Source: Betaproteobacteria bacterium RIFCSPLOWO2_02_FULL_67_26 (GTDB taxonomy: Bacteria; Pseudomonadota; Gammaproteobacteria; Burkholderiales; SG8-41). From it: 64,000 nt of DNA. Position 1 is the stretch's first letter. Each line of letters opens with the position of its first letter. Positions 26,859-37,295 of this stretch are shown piece by piece. The position numbers were made by a program, and so were the translations under genes. The stretch spans positions 50,148 to 114,147 of the forward strand of contig MERD01000071.1 in NCBI GenBank assembly GCA_001771935.1. The letters run 5' to 3'. The notes under the pieces are model-generated. The model searched no databases, had not been told where the DNA came from, and saw only the letters and a list, made by a program, of their open reading frames with translations.

Positions 26859-27986
26859 TCAGGTTTCCTCAATTGAGAATAGTCGCCGGTGTTCGAGGAT
26901 CGCGTAACGGTCAGTCATGCCGGCAATATAGTCGGCAATGGCGCGTGGCGCCGAGTCGTGCGCCCGCGCCTGGAATTCGGGCGGCAGCAGCCGGATGTCG
27001 GAGGCGAGCGCGCCGAACAGGTCGACCACGACGCGGCGCGCCTTGGCGCTCATGCGCACCACACGGTAGTGGCGATACAGGTTGTCGCGCAGAAAGCGCT
27101 TGAGCGCCAGGCTCTCTTCATGGACGCGTGGGCTGAAGGCGATGAGCGGTGGCGCCCGCCGCACCGCCTCGATCGAATCGGGCGCATGGCTGCGGATATT
27201 CCGTGCGCTGGCGCGGACGAGATCGGTCACCAGGGTATCGATCATGCGCCGCACGGTTTCGTGGACCAGGCGCCGGCCCGCGAGCCGGGGATGATCCTTC
27301 AGCACCGCTTTGAGATGGCGCGCGACGATTCTCACTTCGGCGAGCTGATCCAGATTGAGCAGCCCGGAACGCAGCCCATCGTCCACGTCGTGGTTGTTAT
27401 AGGCAATCTCGTCGGCCAGATTCGCGAGCTGCGCCTCGAGCGACGGCCGCCGCCGCTTGATGAACCGCTCTCCCACGTCGCCCAGCGCTCGTGCATTTCT
27501 CACCGAGCAGTGCTTCAGTATCCCCTCGCGCGCCTCGTAGGTGAGATTGAGGCCGTCGAAGGCGGCGTAGCGCTGCTCGAGAAGATCGACGACGCGCAGG
27601 CTTTGCAGGTTGTGTTCGAAGCCCCCGTACGGCCTCATGCAGTCGTTGAGCGCGTCCTGCCCGGTGTGGCCAAAGGGGGTATGGCCGAGGTCGTGGGCGA
27701 GCGCGATCGCCTCGGTGAGATCTTCGTCGAGATGCAGGCTGCGGGCGACCGACCTCGCGATCTGCGCCACCTCGAGGCTGTGGGTGAGCCGCGTGCGGAA
27801 GAGGTCGCCCTCGTGATTGACGAAGACCTGGGTTTTGTACTCAAGGCGGCGGAAGGCGGTCGAGTGGACGATGCGGTCGCGGTCGCGCTGGTATTCGCTG
27901 CGGCCTCGCGGCGGTGCCTCGCGATAGCGGCGGCCGCGCGAGTGCTGCGGCCGCGCGGCATAGGGCGCCAGCTCGCGCTCAGGCAT
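26859..27986 (-). CDS. dgt: dGTPase-like HD-domain triphosphohydrolase
   Basis: The [25 protein letters not shown]...[14 protein letters not shown]...[10 protein letters not shown] motifs are present. I preferred the ATG at 27986 because it clears the aroB stop. Confidence 0.9.
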   Translation of the reverse strand: MPERELAPYAARPQHSRGRRYREAPPRGRSEYQRDRDRIVHSTAFRRLEYKTQVFVNHEGDLFRTRLTHSLEVAQIARSVARSLHLDEDLTEAIALAHDLGHTPFGHTGQDALNDCMRPYGGFEHNLQSLRVVDLLEQRYAAFDGLNLTYEAREGILKHCSVRNARALGDVGERFIKRRRPSLEAQLANLADEIAYNNHDVDDGLRSGLLNLDQLAEVRIVARHLKAVLKDHPRLAGRRLVHETVRRMIDTLVTDLVRASARNIRSHAPDSIEAVRRAPPLIAFSPRVHEESLALKRFLRDNLYRHYRVVRMSAKARRVVVDLFGALASDIRLLPPEFQARAHDSAPRAIADYIAGMTDRYAILEHRRLFSIEET

Positions 27987-29067
27987 GCACCTCGCCCGCG
28001 CCCAGCACGTCCGCAAGCGCCGCGCGCGGGACCTCGCCCGAAACGAACGCCTCGCCGATGCGCTTGAGCAGCACGAAGCGGATGTGGCCGCCCTCGACCT
28101 TTTTGTCGTGGCCCATCAGGTCCAGGTAACGCTCCAGCCCGAGCGCGGGGGCCGCCCCGCGCAGGCCGGCCGCGGCCAGGACGGCGTTTATGCGCCTGAC
28201 ATCATCGGCCGTGATCAATCCAAGCCGCTGTGACAGCAGCGCCGCCAGCCGCATGCCGGCGGCAACCGCCTCGCCGTGCAGCCACGCGCCGTAACCCGTC
28301 GCCGCCTCGATCGCGTGGCCGAACGTATGCCCGAAATTCAGCAGCGCGCGCGGCCCGGTTTCACGCTCGTCGAGGGCGACGATCTCGGCCTTGCTCGCGC
28401 AGCAGCGGACGATCGCGTAAGTGAGGGACTCGGGCTCGCGGCTGACGAGCCGCGCCATGTTGCGCTCCAGCCAGTCGAAAAATTCCCGGTCCCGGATCAA
28501 CCCGTACTTGATGACCTCGGCCAGCCCGGCGGAGAGTTCGCGCTCGGGCAGGGTGCGGAGCGCGTCGGTGTCAGAGATCACGGCGAGCGGCTGGTGGAAC
28601 GCCCCGATCATGTTCTTGCCGGCCGGGTGATTGATCGCGGTCTTGCCGCCGACCGCCGAATCGACCTGCGCGAGCAGCGTGGTCGGAACCTGGATGTAGG
28701 GCACGCCCCGCTGGTAGACCGCCGCAGCGAAGCCGGCGAGATCGCCGATCACGCCGCCTCCGAGCGCGATCAGCGCGGTGCCGCGCTCGCAGCGGTACGC
28801 AGCCAGCTCGTCGAGTATGCGGTTCAGCGTTTCCCAGTTCTTGTGCGATTCGCCGTCCGGGAGCGTGATCGTCACGACCGCCACACCGCGCGCCTCCAGC
28901 GCGCGCGCGAGCGGCGCGAGATAGAGCGGACCCACGGTGGAATTGGTCACGATGGCGGCCTTGGGCTGGCGCAGTTTCTCCACGATCAGCTCGGGGCGCG
29001 CGAACAGCCCCGGCCCGACGTGTATCGGATAACTGCGATTGCCCAGTGCCACCTCGAGCGTCCGCAT
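27979..29067 (-). CDS. aroB: 3-dehydroquinate synthase
   Basis: 362 aa with [15 protein letters not shown] and HTFGHAIE motifs. Confidence 0.97.
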   Translation of the reverse strand: MRTLEVALGNRSYPIHVGPGLFARPELIVEKLRQPKAAIVTNSTVGPLYLAPLARALEARGVAVVTITLPDGESHKNWETLNRILDELAAYRCERGTALIALGGGVIGDLAGFAAAVYQRGVPYIQVPTTLLAQVDSAVGGKTAINHPAGKNMIGAFHQPLAVISDTDALRTLPERELSAGLAEVIKYGLIRDREFFDWLERNMARLVSREPESLTYAIVRCCASKAEIVALDERETGPRALLNFGHTFGHAIEAATGYGAWLHGEAVAAGMRLAALLSQRLGLITADDVRRINAVLAAAGLRGAAPALGLERYLDLMGHDKKVEGGHIRFVLLKRIGEAFVSGEVPRAALADVLGAGEVHA

Positions 29068-29091
29068 GATTCCGCCTTTGATCGGCGCCGC

Positions 29092-29691
29092 TCAGCCGGC
29101 GCGCAGCGGCGTCTGCTCGCGCGCGCCCGCCGCCGCCGCGCGCTGCAGTAGTTGTGTTTCCAGCCGGTGCGCGAGGCTGCCCACGCTTTGCTGACCGGTA
29201 TCGACGACAATATCCGCGGCGGCACGGTAGAGCGCATCGCGCTCGTCGAACAGCTGCTGCAGCCTCGCGAGGGGATCCGCGGTCTTGAGCAGCGGCCGGT
29301 TCCTGTCGTGACGGGTGCGGCCCCATAGATCCGCGGCCGCCGCCCGCAAGTAGACCACCGTTCCGTTCTCGACGAGCAGGTTGCGGTTCTCCGCGGTCAG
29401 CACCGCGCCGCCGCCGGTCGCGAGCACGATGTTCTCGCGTTTCACCAGTTCCGCCAGCGCCTTCGTTTCCCGGGCACGGAAACCGGCCTCCCCCTCGATC
29501 TCGAAGATCACCGCAACCTTGACCCCAGTCGCGCGCTCGATCTCGTGGTCGCAGTCGTAGAAGGCCTTGCCCAGGCGCCGGGCGAGCAGCCTCCCCACCG
29601 AAGTCTTGCCCGCGCCCATCAGCCCGACCAGGAAAATGTTACCGGCGATACGCGCCGTCCCCGCCGCCGTATTCCGCCCGCTGTCGCCCAT
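29092..29691 (-). CDS. aroK: Shikimate kinase
   Basis: P-loop [17 protein letters not shown]; lies upstream of aroB on the same strand. Confidence 0.92.
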   Translation of the reverse strand: MGDSGRNTAAGTARIAGNIFLVGLMGAGKTSVGRLLARRLGKAFYDCDHEIERATGVKVAVIFEIEGEAGFRARETKALAELVKRENIVLATGGGAVLTAENRNLLVENGTVVYLRAAAADLWGRTRHDRNRPLLKTADPLARLQQLFDERDALYRAAADIVVDTGQQSVGSLAHRLETQLLQRAAAAGAREQTPLRAG

Positions 29692-29706
29692 GAGCTGATT
29701 CTAAAC

Positions 29707-29737
29707 AATAAAGGCGGCCCGTAGGGCCGCCTTTATT
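29707..29737. terminator. Strong palindromic (bidirectional-type) terminator between pilQ and aroK
   Basis: AATAAAGGCGGCCC gta GGGCCGCCTTTATT is a perfect 14-bp inverted repeat with a GC-rich core flanked by a T-rich tail on both strands. Confidence 0.6.
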
Positions 29738-29752
29738 GGGCCGGAAGCTTGC

Positions 29753-31876
29753 CTACTGGCGCAGCGTCATGCCTTCCTTGAGGATCCGCGGCGTAATGAA
29801 GATAAGGAGTTCACGCCGGTCGTCCCGCTTCAGCTGCTGCTTGAACAGGAACCCGACATACGGCAGATCGCCCAGCACGGGCACCTTGTTGGTGCCGGTA
29901 CTCTCATCCTGGGTGTAGATGCCGCCGATCACGACGGTGCCACCGTTCTCCACCAGCACCTCGGTGTTGATCTGCTTGGTGTCCACCGCCGGGGGGTTGG
30001 TAGCCAGCGGCGACACGGAATCCTTGTTGATCTTCAGGCTCATGATCACGTTGTCGTCGGGCGTGACCTGGGGCTTGACCTTGAGCGAGAGCGTCGCCTT
30101 CTTGAATGCCACGCTGGTCGCGCCGCTCGAGGTCGCCGACTGATAGGGGATTTCCGTGCCCTGCTCGATCGTCGCCTCCACCTGATCCGAGGTGATCACG
30201 CGCGGGCTCGAGACAATCTTGCCTTTGCTGTCCGCCTGCAGCGCGCTCAATTCGAGGTCGATGAACTTCGTGCGGCTCTGGTTGAACAGGATCATCGAGA
30301 ATACGCTTCCCCCCGCAGCCGGCAGGTTCACGTTGAGGTTGGCGGGGTTAAACGGAGGCACGACCCCGTCGGCGCCCGCATTCGGCGCGACGGTGCCCAG
30401 GGCGCCGCCAACGGAAACGACCGGCTGGCGGTTAGGATTGCTGATCTGGTTACCCAATCCGAAAGGCGTGCGTCCGCCCCCCTCCTCCCGGTAGCCGAGC
30501 CGCACGCCCAGGTTGCGGCTGAACGTATCGGTCGCCTCCACGATGCGGGATTCGATCATCACCTGGCGCACCGGCACGTCGACCTTGCGCAGCAGCTTCC
30601 TGACGTCCTCCAGCCGCGACGGCGTGTCCTGCACGAAGATCGTGTTGGTGCGGGCGTCGACCACGGCGCTGCCGCGCTTGGACAGGATGCGCTGGTTCGC
30701 ATCGGACAGCAGCTTCTGGAACGAATCCGCCTTCTGGTAGTTCAACTGGAAGCTCTCGGTGCGGGTCGGCTCGAGATCGCTGATCTGCGCCTGCGCTTCG
30801 AGCGCCAGCTTTTCGCGCGTGGCCAGCTCGTCGCGCGGGGCGATCCACACCACGTTGCCGGACTTGCGCATGTCGAGGCCCTTGCTCTGCAGAATGATGT
30901 CGAGTGCCTGGTCCCACGGCACATCCTTCAGCCGCAGCGTCAGGTTGCCGCCCACCGTGTCGCTGGTGATGATGTTGAGGCCGGTGAAATCGGCGATCAC
31001 CTGCAGCACCGCCCGCACCTCGACGTTCTGGAAGTTGAGCGAGAGCTTCTCGCCGACATAACCCCCGCCCCGCGCGATGCGGTCCTCCGACGACTGCGGT
31101 TTCACTTCCACGATGAACCGGTTGTCGGACTGGTAGGCGGTGTGCTCCCACGCGCCGCGCGGCTCGATCACGACCCGCGCATTGTTGCCCTGAGCGAACG
31201 CATCTATGGTCTGCACTGCCGTTCCGAAATCGGTCACGTCGAGACGCCGCTGGAGGTTCCGCGGCAGCGCGGCGTTGATGAACTCGATGACGATGGTCTT
31301 GCCCTGGAGCTTGAGGTCGATGCCCACGCCGCTGTCGGACAGGTCCACCACCACGCGTCCTTCCCCCGCATTGCCGCGGCGGAAGTCGATATCGCGCAGC
31401 GCGTGGCGCCGGTCTCCCGGCTGCGCCTCGGCAAAGTGGGTGGTGGCGCCGCCCGAGCTGGCCGCCGCCGCCGCGCCCTGCAGCGTGATGAGCAACGCCC
31501 GCCCGTCGATCTGGGTGTCATAGCTGGCGACGCGCGAGAGATTGAGCACGAGGCGCGTGCGGTCGCCCGCCTGGACCACATTGATGCTGCGCAGGTCGCC
31601 TTCACCCACTTCCTGGGTGCTGCGGCCGAGCGCGCTGGCGGTGTTGGGGAAATCGAATGCGATGCGCGGCGGATTGTTCACGGTGAACCCGGCCGGGGCG
31701 CTCGCCGGCGCCTGTTTCAGCGTCACCTTGACGACCACCTTGCCGCCGGTAGCGGGCGACACGTTGATCGCTTCGATGCTGTTTGCCTGGGCGTGGAGCG
31801 CCATACTCGCCGTGGCGAGCACCAGCGCCAGCGCCCCGCGCAGAACCGACGAAAAAAAGTTGACTGTAGGCTTCAT
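29753..31876 (-). CDS. pilQ: Type IV pilus secretin PilQ
   Basis: ATG at 31876 (MKPTVNFFSSVL...) gives a signal peptide, two AMIN-like repeats, and a secretin C-domain (VPVLGDLPYVGFLFK...ELLIFITPRI). The track ORF to 32464 over-extends across pilP. Confidence 0.93.
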   Translation of the reverse strand: MKPTVNFFSSVLRGALALVLATASMALHAQANSIEAINVSPATGGKVVVKVTLKQAPASAPAGFTVNNPPRIAFDFPNTASALGRSTQEVGEGDLRSINVVQAGDRTRLVLNLSRVASYDTQIDGRALLITLQGAAAAASSGGATTHFAEAQPGDRRHALRDIDFRRGNAGEGRVVVDLSDSGVGIDLKLQGKTIVIEFINAALPRNLQRRLDVTDFGTAVQTIDAFAQGNNARVVIEPRGAWEHTAYQSDNRFIVEVKPQSSEDRIARGGGYVGEKLSLNFQNVEVRAVLQVIADFTGLNIITSDTVGGNLTLRLKDVPWDQALDIILQSKGLDMRKSGNVVWIAPRDELATREKLALEAQAQISDLEPTRTESFQLNYQKADSFQKLLSDANQRILSKRGSAVVDARTNTIFVQDTPSRLEDVRKLLRKVDVPVRQVMIESRIVEATDTFSRNLGVRLGYREEGGGRTPFGLGNQISNPNRQPVVSVGGALGTVAPNAGADGVVPPFNPANLNVNLPAAGGSVFSMILFNQSRTKFIDLELSALQADSKGKIVSSPRVITSDQVEATIEQGTEIPYQSATSSGATSVAFKKATLSLKVKPQVTPDDNVIMSLKINKDSVSPLATNPPAVDTKQINTEVLVENGGTVVIGGIYTQDESTGTNKVPVLGDLPYVGFLFKQQLKRDDRRELLIFITPRILKEGMTLRQ

Positions 31877-31890
31877 AGTCTGACCTCCCG

Positions 31891-32412
31891 TTATTCCTGC
31901 AGCAGCAGCGTTCGTTCTTCCTCTTTCCACTCGTTGCCGCTGTCCTGAACCAGTTCTTTCAGCTTGAGCGTTGCTTCGTCGATGTCGATGACGCGCCCGA
32001 AATTCTGCCCCATGAAGTCCCCGGTCTTGACCCGGTACAGGTTGTTGTCCGGAGTCTTGATCAGCGCGTAAATGTCCTTCTTCTGCTGCAGCGTGCCCAC
32101 CATCTTGAGGGTTTCCAGAGAGAAGGCCTCGAGCGGCCCCTTGACGTGGTCTTTCGGGGGCTGGAGCGCGCCAGCCACGCTGGAAGCCTTGGGCGGCTCG
32201 ATCTTGCGCGGCACGAACGGGTCGAGGAGGTCGAATGCGGCGTACTCGTAGGGCTCGTACGGCCGCACCTCCGGCAGCGGTGGTATGCGCCCGCGCGGCA
32301 TGTTGTCCGATTCCTTGACGAATTGGCGCACTTCGTCCAGGTGCCGCTCGCTGCTGCACCCCGTGAGCGCAAGGCAGGACAGCGTGGTCATGAGGAGCGC
32401 GCGGCGCATCAT
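31891..32412 (-). CDS. pilP: Type IV pilus assembly lipoprotein PilP
   Basis: 173 aa with lipobox LALTGC, in the expected position between pilO and pilQ. Confidence 0.85.
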   Translation of the reverse strand: MMRRALLMTTLSCLALTGCSSERHLDEVRQFVKESDNMPRGRIPPLPEVRPYEPYEYAAFDLLDPFVPRKIEPPKASSVAGALQPPKDHVKGPLEAFSLETLKMVGTLQQKKDIYALIKTPDNNLYRVKTGDFMGQNFGRVIDIDEATLKLKELVQDSGNEWKEEERTLLLQE

Positions 32413-33047
32413 TTCTTCTTCGCCGGCGCGGTGGACTTGCGTTGTTGCGCGACCTCGTCGTCATCCAGGTAGCGGTAGGTCCTGGCGATCGCGTCGAGCG
32501 AGAGTCCCGCCCCCTTCGCGCCGCTGGCGACGAGGCCGATATTGTTGAGCGTGACGATTCGCGACAGCTTGCTGATATCGCTCGCGAATGCCCCGAGATC
32601 GTGGTAGCTGCCGGTGACCTTGATCGTGATGGGCAACTCAGCGTAGAAATCGCGCCGGGACTCGCCGCCCGCCGGCCGGAACAGCTCGAATTGCAGACCG
32701 CGTCCCAGGCCAGCCTGGTTGATGTCGGTCAGAAGAGCATCCATCTCGGACTTGCCGGGCAGTTGCTTGAGCAGGGCGCCGAACTGCTTTTCGATATCTT
32801 CCAGCTGTTTTTGGTAGGCCGGCAGGTTGATCGCCTCGGCTTTTTTCGTGAGAAAGGTCTTGCGCAGCCCTTCCTCTTTCCTGACTTCAGTATCGATGCG
32901 GTTGAGCTGCTCCTCCCAGTCGAGGAAGTAGCTCGCCACGACGCTCAGCACCAGCACCACCAGCAGCACCACGAGCTTCGGCAGTATCGGCCAACTGCCG
33001 ATCTTCTTCGGATCGAGCCGCTTCAGATCATCAAGTGTCATAGCCAT
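32409..33047 (-). CDS. pilO: Type IV pilus assembly protein PilO
   Basis: 212 aa with one N-terminal TM segment and a coiled-coil region. ATGA overlap with pilP; operon position fits. Confidence 0.85.
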   Translation of the reverse strand: MAMTLDDLKRLDPKKIGSWPILPKLVVLLVVLVLSVVASYFLDWEEQLNRIDTEVRKEEGLRKTFLTKKAEAINLPAYQKQLEDIEKQFGALLKQLPGKSEMDALLTDINQAGLGRGLQFELFRPAGGESRRDFYAELPITIKVTGSYHDLGAFASDISKLSRIVTLNNIGLVASGAKGAGLSLDAIARTYRYLDDDEVAQQRKSTAPAKKK

Positions 33048-33071
33048 GGCGCATCACCGTTTTGCTGTCGG

Positions 33072-33635
33072 TTACTTCTTGCCGTCCTGGGCCGCGGCGC
33101 GCGTGATAAAAATGCTCATGTTGAACTCGTTCATACGCTGCCCGCCCAACGACGCCGTCTTGATCTCGATCAACCCGGGGCGCTCCAGATGCGGCGAGGA
33201 TTCGAGATTGCGCATGAGCGTGGACACCCGCGCCTGGGACTGGGTGTAACCGGTGATCGTGACCCGCCTGTCGGCCTGCTTGATGCTCTTCAGGAAGACA
33301 CCGTCGGGTAGCTGCCGCGCCAGTTGATCCATCAGGTGCACCACTTCGGAGCGGGTGCTCTGCAGGGTTTCGACCACGCGCTTGCGCGCGAGCAGCGCCG
33401 CGGTCTGATCCTTCAGCTTCTGGATTTCGGCAATCTGCTTGTCGAGCTTTACGGTTTCGTCCAGGAGGTACTGGTTGCGACCCATCTGATTGTTGAGCTG
33501 GTCGTCCAGCGTCACGTGCACGGCCCCCCAGATCGCGACGCCGATGACGACCACGACGCCGAGCATGATGAAGAACTGCTGCTGCTGTTGCTTGCGCCGG
33601 ATCTCGCGATGCGGCAGGAGGTTGATGCGGATCAT
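33072..33635 (-). CDS. pilN: Type IV pilus assembly protein PilN
   Basis: MIRINLLPHREIRR N-terminus plus a TM segment. ATGA overlap with pilM. Confidence 0.85.
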   Translation of the reverse strand: MIRINLLPHREIRRKQQQQQFFIMLGVVVVIGVAIWGAVHVTLDDQLNNQMGRNQYLLDETVKLDKQIAEIQKLKDQTAALLARKRVVETLQSTRSEVVHLMDQLARQLPDGVFLKSIKQADRRVTITGYTQSQARVSTLMRNLESSPHLERPGLIEIKTASLGGQRMNEFNMSIFITRAAAQDGKK

Positions 33636-34738
33636 GTGTCAAACCTCCGCATCGCCAGCCCGCACGCCACCATCAGGGACGGCGCATCCTGGGTCAGCGA
33701 TCGTGCTTTGATCTTCGTGGACAGCGCCATGTTGATGAAGGGATTCGCCACGATCGCGTTGACTTGAACGCGCTTCGCGACCGCTTCGTCGACGCCCGGG
33801 ATCGCGGCGCAGCCTCCCGAGAGGACGATGTGATGGATCTGCGTATGCTGGGTGGACGTGAAGAAGAACTGCAACGCGCGCGCGACCTCCAGGCCGAGCA
33901 TGTCCATGAACGGCTGCAGCACGTCGGTCTCGTAGTTCTCCGGCAGCCCGCCGGCTCGCTTGGCGGCCTCCGCTTCCTCGGGGCTCAACCCGAATCGGTT
34001 CTGGATTTCCTGGGTGAGCTGGTTGCCGCCGAACGGCTGCTCGCGCATGTAGATCGACTGATCATTGCGCAGCACGTTGACCGCCATGATCGAGGCGCCC
34101 ACGTCCACGATGGCGATGTTCTGATCCTTGCCCTTGTCGGTGAACTGGCTCTCGATCAGCTCGAATGCGGTTTGAGCGGCGAATACATCCACGTCCATCA
34201 CCGCCGCCTTCAATCCCGCGGCCTCGGCGACCGCCACCCGGTCGATGATCTTGTCCTTGCGCGAGGCGGCGATCAGCACCTCGACGTCTTCCGGGCTGTT
34301 CGGCGCCGCGCCCAGCACCTGGAAATCGAGGTTGACCTCGTCCAGGGCGAACGGGATGTACTGATTGGCCTCGGTTTCGACCTGCAGTTCGAGGTCTTCC
34401 TCGGTCTGCCCGGCCGGAACGAGTATCTTCTTGCTGATGACTGCGGCATTGGGCAGCGCCATCGCGAGGTTCTTGATGTTGCTCCCGAGCCGCTTGTGGC
34501 AGCGCTTGACGGCATCGCTCACCGCGTCGAGATTGTTGATATTGCCTTCCACGACGGAGTCCTTGGGCAGCGGCTCGATGGCGTAGCGCTCGACCCGATA
34601 CATGCCCTTTCCGGCGCTCTCGATCTCCACCATCTTGATCGCCGAGGAACTGATGTCGGAACCGATCAACGGCGGCATCTTGGCCTTGAACAGGCCCTCG
34701 ATCGCGTCGAAGTTCAGGCTAAATTTTCCTTTGAGCAT
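33632..34738 (-). CDS. pilM: Type IV pilus assembly ATPase-fold protein PilM
   Basis: 368-aa actin/FtsA-like protein (IGSDISSSAIKMVE...) and first gene of pilMNOPQ. Confidence 0.92.
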   Translation of the reverse strand: MLKGKFSLNFDAIEGLFKAKMPPLIGSDISSSAIKMVEIESAGKGMYRVERYAIEPLPKDSVVEGNINNLDAVSDAVKRCHKRLGSNIKNLAMALPNAAVISKKILVPAGQTEEDLELQVETEANQYIPFALDEVNLDFQVLGAAPNSPEDVEVLIAASRKDKIIDRVAVAEAAGLKAAVMDVDVFAAQTAFELIESQFTDKGKDQNIAIVDVGASIMAVNVLRNDQSIYMREQPFGGNQLTQEIQNRFGLSPEEAEAAKRAGGLPENYETDVLQPFMDMLGLEVARALQFFFTSTQHTQIHHIVLSGGCAAIPGVDEAVAKRVQVNAIVANPFINMALSTKIKARSLTQDAPSLMVACGLAMRRFDT

Positions 34739-34822
34739 AGGTCAATGGGGAGACTATCCCACAGTTTACATTAAATGCTAGCAACAACTATCTTGGATGT
34801 AAAGCCTTTTCCTGTGATTTTT

Positions 34823-34849
34823 TTGTTTATGGGGAACCCCGCCTATAAT
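34823..34849 (+). promoter_or_regulatory. Possible sigma70 promoter for ponA (TTGTTT-N15-TATAAT)
   Basis: A consensus -10 TATAAT sits at 34844-49 in the AT-rich divergent pilM/ponA spacer. The -35 is weak and the spacer short. Confidence 0.25.
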
Positions 34850-34969
34850 ACGGGGCACTCAATATAACTTACTCCACCGCATTTTGCTGTGGCACCCGTT
34901 CGATAACCAACCCGCCTGCATGCACAGTGTTGTAATAACGCAACAAAATCACTTTAACACATTGATTTA

Positions 34970-37288
34970 ATGTCTATTCGCTGGCTGACCTTTCCCCTAG
35001 TGTTGTTGCTTTCCGGCCTCTTGGCAGGGGTCATGCTCGTGGCATTTGCCGCCGCGCTGGTGTATCCCGGCTTGCCATCGCTCGACGCGCTCACGGACTA
35101 CCAGCCCAAGATCCCGCTGCGCGTCTACAGCGCCGATGGCAAGTTGATCGGGGAATTCGGTGAGGAGCGCCGCGCCGTGGTGAGAATTCAGGACGTTCCC
35201 AAGCCCATGGTCGACGCCATACTCGCCGCGGAGGACGAGCGTTTCTACCAGCACGGTGGCGTCGACTACGTGGGCGTGGCGCGCGCCGCGCTGTCCAATT
35301 TTCTCTCCGGCGGTGTGCGCCAGGGGGCCTCCACCATCACCATGCAGGTCGCGCGCAACTTCTTCCTGTCAAAGGAAAAGACACTTACCCGCAAATTCAA
35401 CGAGATGCTGCTGGCGTTCAAGATCGAAGCCAACCTCAGCAAGGCCCAGATCCTCGAACTCTATGTCAACCAGATCTATCTCGGGCACCGGGCCTACGGG
35501 TTTGCCGCGGCCGCACAGATCTACTTTGGCAAACGGCTGCCCGAGCTGACGCTCGCAGAGTCCGCGCTGCTCGCGGGGTTACCCAAGGCGCCGTCGCGTT
35601 TCAACCCGATCACCAATCCCAAGCGCGCGAAGTTCCGGCAGCAGTATGTGCTGCGCCGCATGCGCGAGCTGCAGCTCATTTCCGAGGAGGCGTTCGCGGC
35701 GGCAGACCAGCAGCCGGTCGTGGTGAAAAAGGAGATCAACGAGTACCCGGTGCATGCCGAGCATTTTGCGGAAATGGTGCGCCAGGCCCTCTACGATCGC
35801 TATCAGGAAGACACTTATGCCAAGGGCTTGCGCGTCTATACCACGCTGCTGACCTCGCACCAGGAAGCGGCTTATATGGCATTGCGCCGCGGCGTGCAGG
35901 AGTATGACCGCCGTCACGGCTACCGCGGGCCCGAGAGCTATGTCGAGCTCCCGGACAAGTTGACCGACGAGGCGCTGGAGGATGCGCTGCAGGACGCGGC
36001 TGACAGCGACGACATGCACGCGGCCGTGGTGGCGGAAGCCAATCCCACGCGGGTCAAGGCGTACCGCAAAGGCGGGGAGTGGGTGGAGATCAAGGAAGAC
36101 GGACTCAAGTTCGCGGCCCGCAGGCTGGGCGACAAGGTCAACCCCGGCCAGCGCATCCGCCGCGGCGCCATCATCCGCGTGCAGAAGGACGAAAAGAAGC
36201 GCTGGCAGATCACGCAGCTGCCCGCGGTCGAGTCCTCGCTCGTCGCGCTCGATCCGCGCGACGGCGCGATACGGGCGCTGGTCGGGGGCTATGACTTCAG
36301 CCGCAACCAGTTCAACCACGTGACGCAGGCGCTGCGCCAGCCGGGCTCGAGCTTCAAGCCCTTTATCTATTCGGCCGCGCTCGAGAAGGGCTTTACCCCG
36401 GCAACGGTCGTCAACGACGCACCGCTCACGTTCACTGCCGCGGAGACCGGCTCGGAGCCGTGGGAGCCGAAGAACTTCGACGGCAAGTTCGAGGGACCGA
36501 TGCGCCTGCGCACGGCGCTCGTCAAGTCGAAGAACCTGGTGTCGGTGCGCATCCTGCAGGCGATTTCACCGCAGTATGCCCAGGACTATGTGGCGCGCTT
36601 CGGTTTCGATCCCAAGTTGCACCCTCCGTACCTGACGATGGCGCTCGGCGCGGGCAACGTGACACCGATGCAGATGGCCGCTGCCTACTCGATTTTCGCC
36701 AATGGCGGCCACCGCATTGCGCCGTATTTCATCGAGCGCGTGGAAGACGCGCGCGGCAATGTGCTGGTCACGGCGCAGCCCGCCGCGGCGGGTTCCGGGG
36801 CGGAACGCGTCATCGACGCCCGCAATGCTTTCATCATGAGCAGCATCCTGCGCGACGTGGTGCGCATGGGGACCGGCGCGCGCGCGATGAAGCTCGGGCG
36901 GGGCGACCTCGCCGGCAAGACCGGCACCACCAATGAATTCGTGGACGCCTGGTTCTGCGGCTTCAACGCCGGCCTCGCCGCGGTGGCGTGGATCGGGTTC
37001 GATACGCCGCAGACGCTCGGGCGCAACGAGACCGGCGCGCAGGCGGCGCTGCCGATCTGGATGGGTTACATGGGCGCGGCGCTGAAAGGGGTGCCTGAGC
37101 AGCCGCTTGCGCCGCCGGCCGGCATCGTCGCGATGAACGTGAATCCGGACACGGGGCTGCGCGTCGCGGAGGGCGGTCTCGTCGATTATTTCTATCATGA
37201 GTTTTCGCCGCCCGCGCAAGAAACGCTGGTCGGCGGCGTGATGGGCGGCGATCGCCCGCGGGAAGAAGTGCGCAACCAGCTGTTCTGA
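34970..37288 (+). CDS. mrcA: Penicillin-binding protein 1A (bifunctional transglycosylase/transpeptidase)
   Basis: 772 aa with the GT51 motifs EDERFYQHGGVD and RKFNEM, the transpeptidase SSFKP and KTGTTN motifs, and a location divergent from pilM. Confidence 0.95.
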   Translation: MSIRWLTFPLVLLLSGLLAGVMLVAFAAALVYPGLPSLDALTDYQPKIPLRVYSADGKLIGEFGEERRAVVRIQDVPKPMVDAILAAEDERFYQHGGVDYVGVARAALSNFLSGGVRQGASTITMQVARNFFLSKEKTLTRKFNEMLLAFKIEANLSKAQILELYVNQIYLGHRAYGFAAAAQIYFGKRLPELTLAESALLAGLPKAPSRFNPITNPKRAKFRQQYVLRRMRELQLISEEAFAAADQQPVVVKKEINEYPVHAEHFAEMVRQALYDRYQEDTYAKGLRVYTTLLTSHQEAAYMALRRGVQEYDRRHGYRGPESYVELPDKLTDEALEDALQDAADSDDMHAAVVAEANPTRVKAYRKGGEWVEIKEDGLKFAARRLGDKVNPGQRIRRGAIIRVQKDEKKRWQITQLPAVESSLVALDPRDGAIRALVGGYDFSRNQFNHVTQALRQPGSSFKPFIYSAALEKGFTPATVVNDAPLTFTAAETGSEPWEPKNFDGKFEGPMRLRTALVKSKNLVSVRILQAISPQYAQDYVARFGFDPKLHPPYLTMALGAGNVTPMQMAAAYSIFANGGHRIAPYFIERVEDARGNVLVTAQPAAAGSGAERVIDARNAFIMSSILRDVVRMGTGARAMKLGRGDLAGKTGTTNEFVDAWFCGFNAGLAAVAWIGFDTPQTLGRNETGAQAALPIWMGYMGAALKGVPEQPLAPPAGIVAMNVNPDTGLRVAEGGLVDYFYHEFSPPAQETLVGGVMGGDRPREEVRNQLF

Positions 37289-37295
37289 GCCAACC

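Noticed and set aside
26868-26877. The 10-bp palindrome CTCAATTGAG shares its core with the heptamer repeat family.
   Set aside because: It lies inside the dgt-like coding sequence (..FSIEET) as a single short word, so it cannot be distinguished from chance.
34890-34905. TGGCAC in the ponA leader, resembling the -24 element of a sigma54 promoter.
   Set aside because: The required -12 TTGC(A/T) element 5 nt downstream is absent; the sequence reads CGATA.
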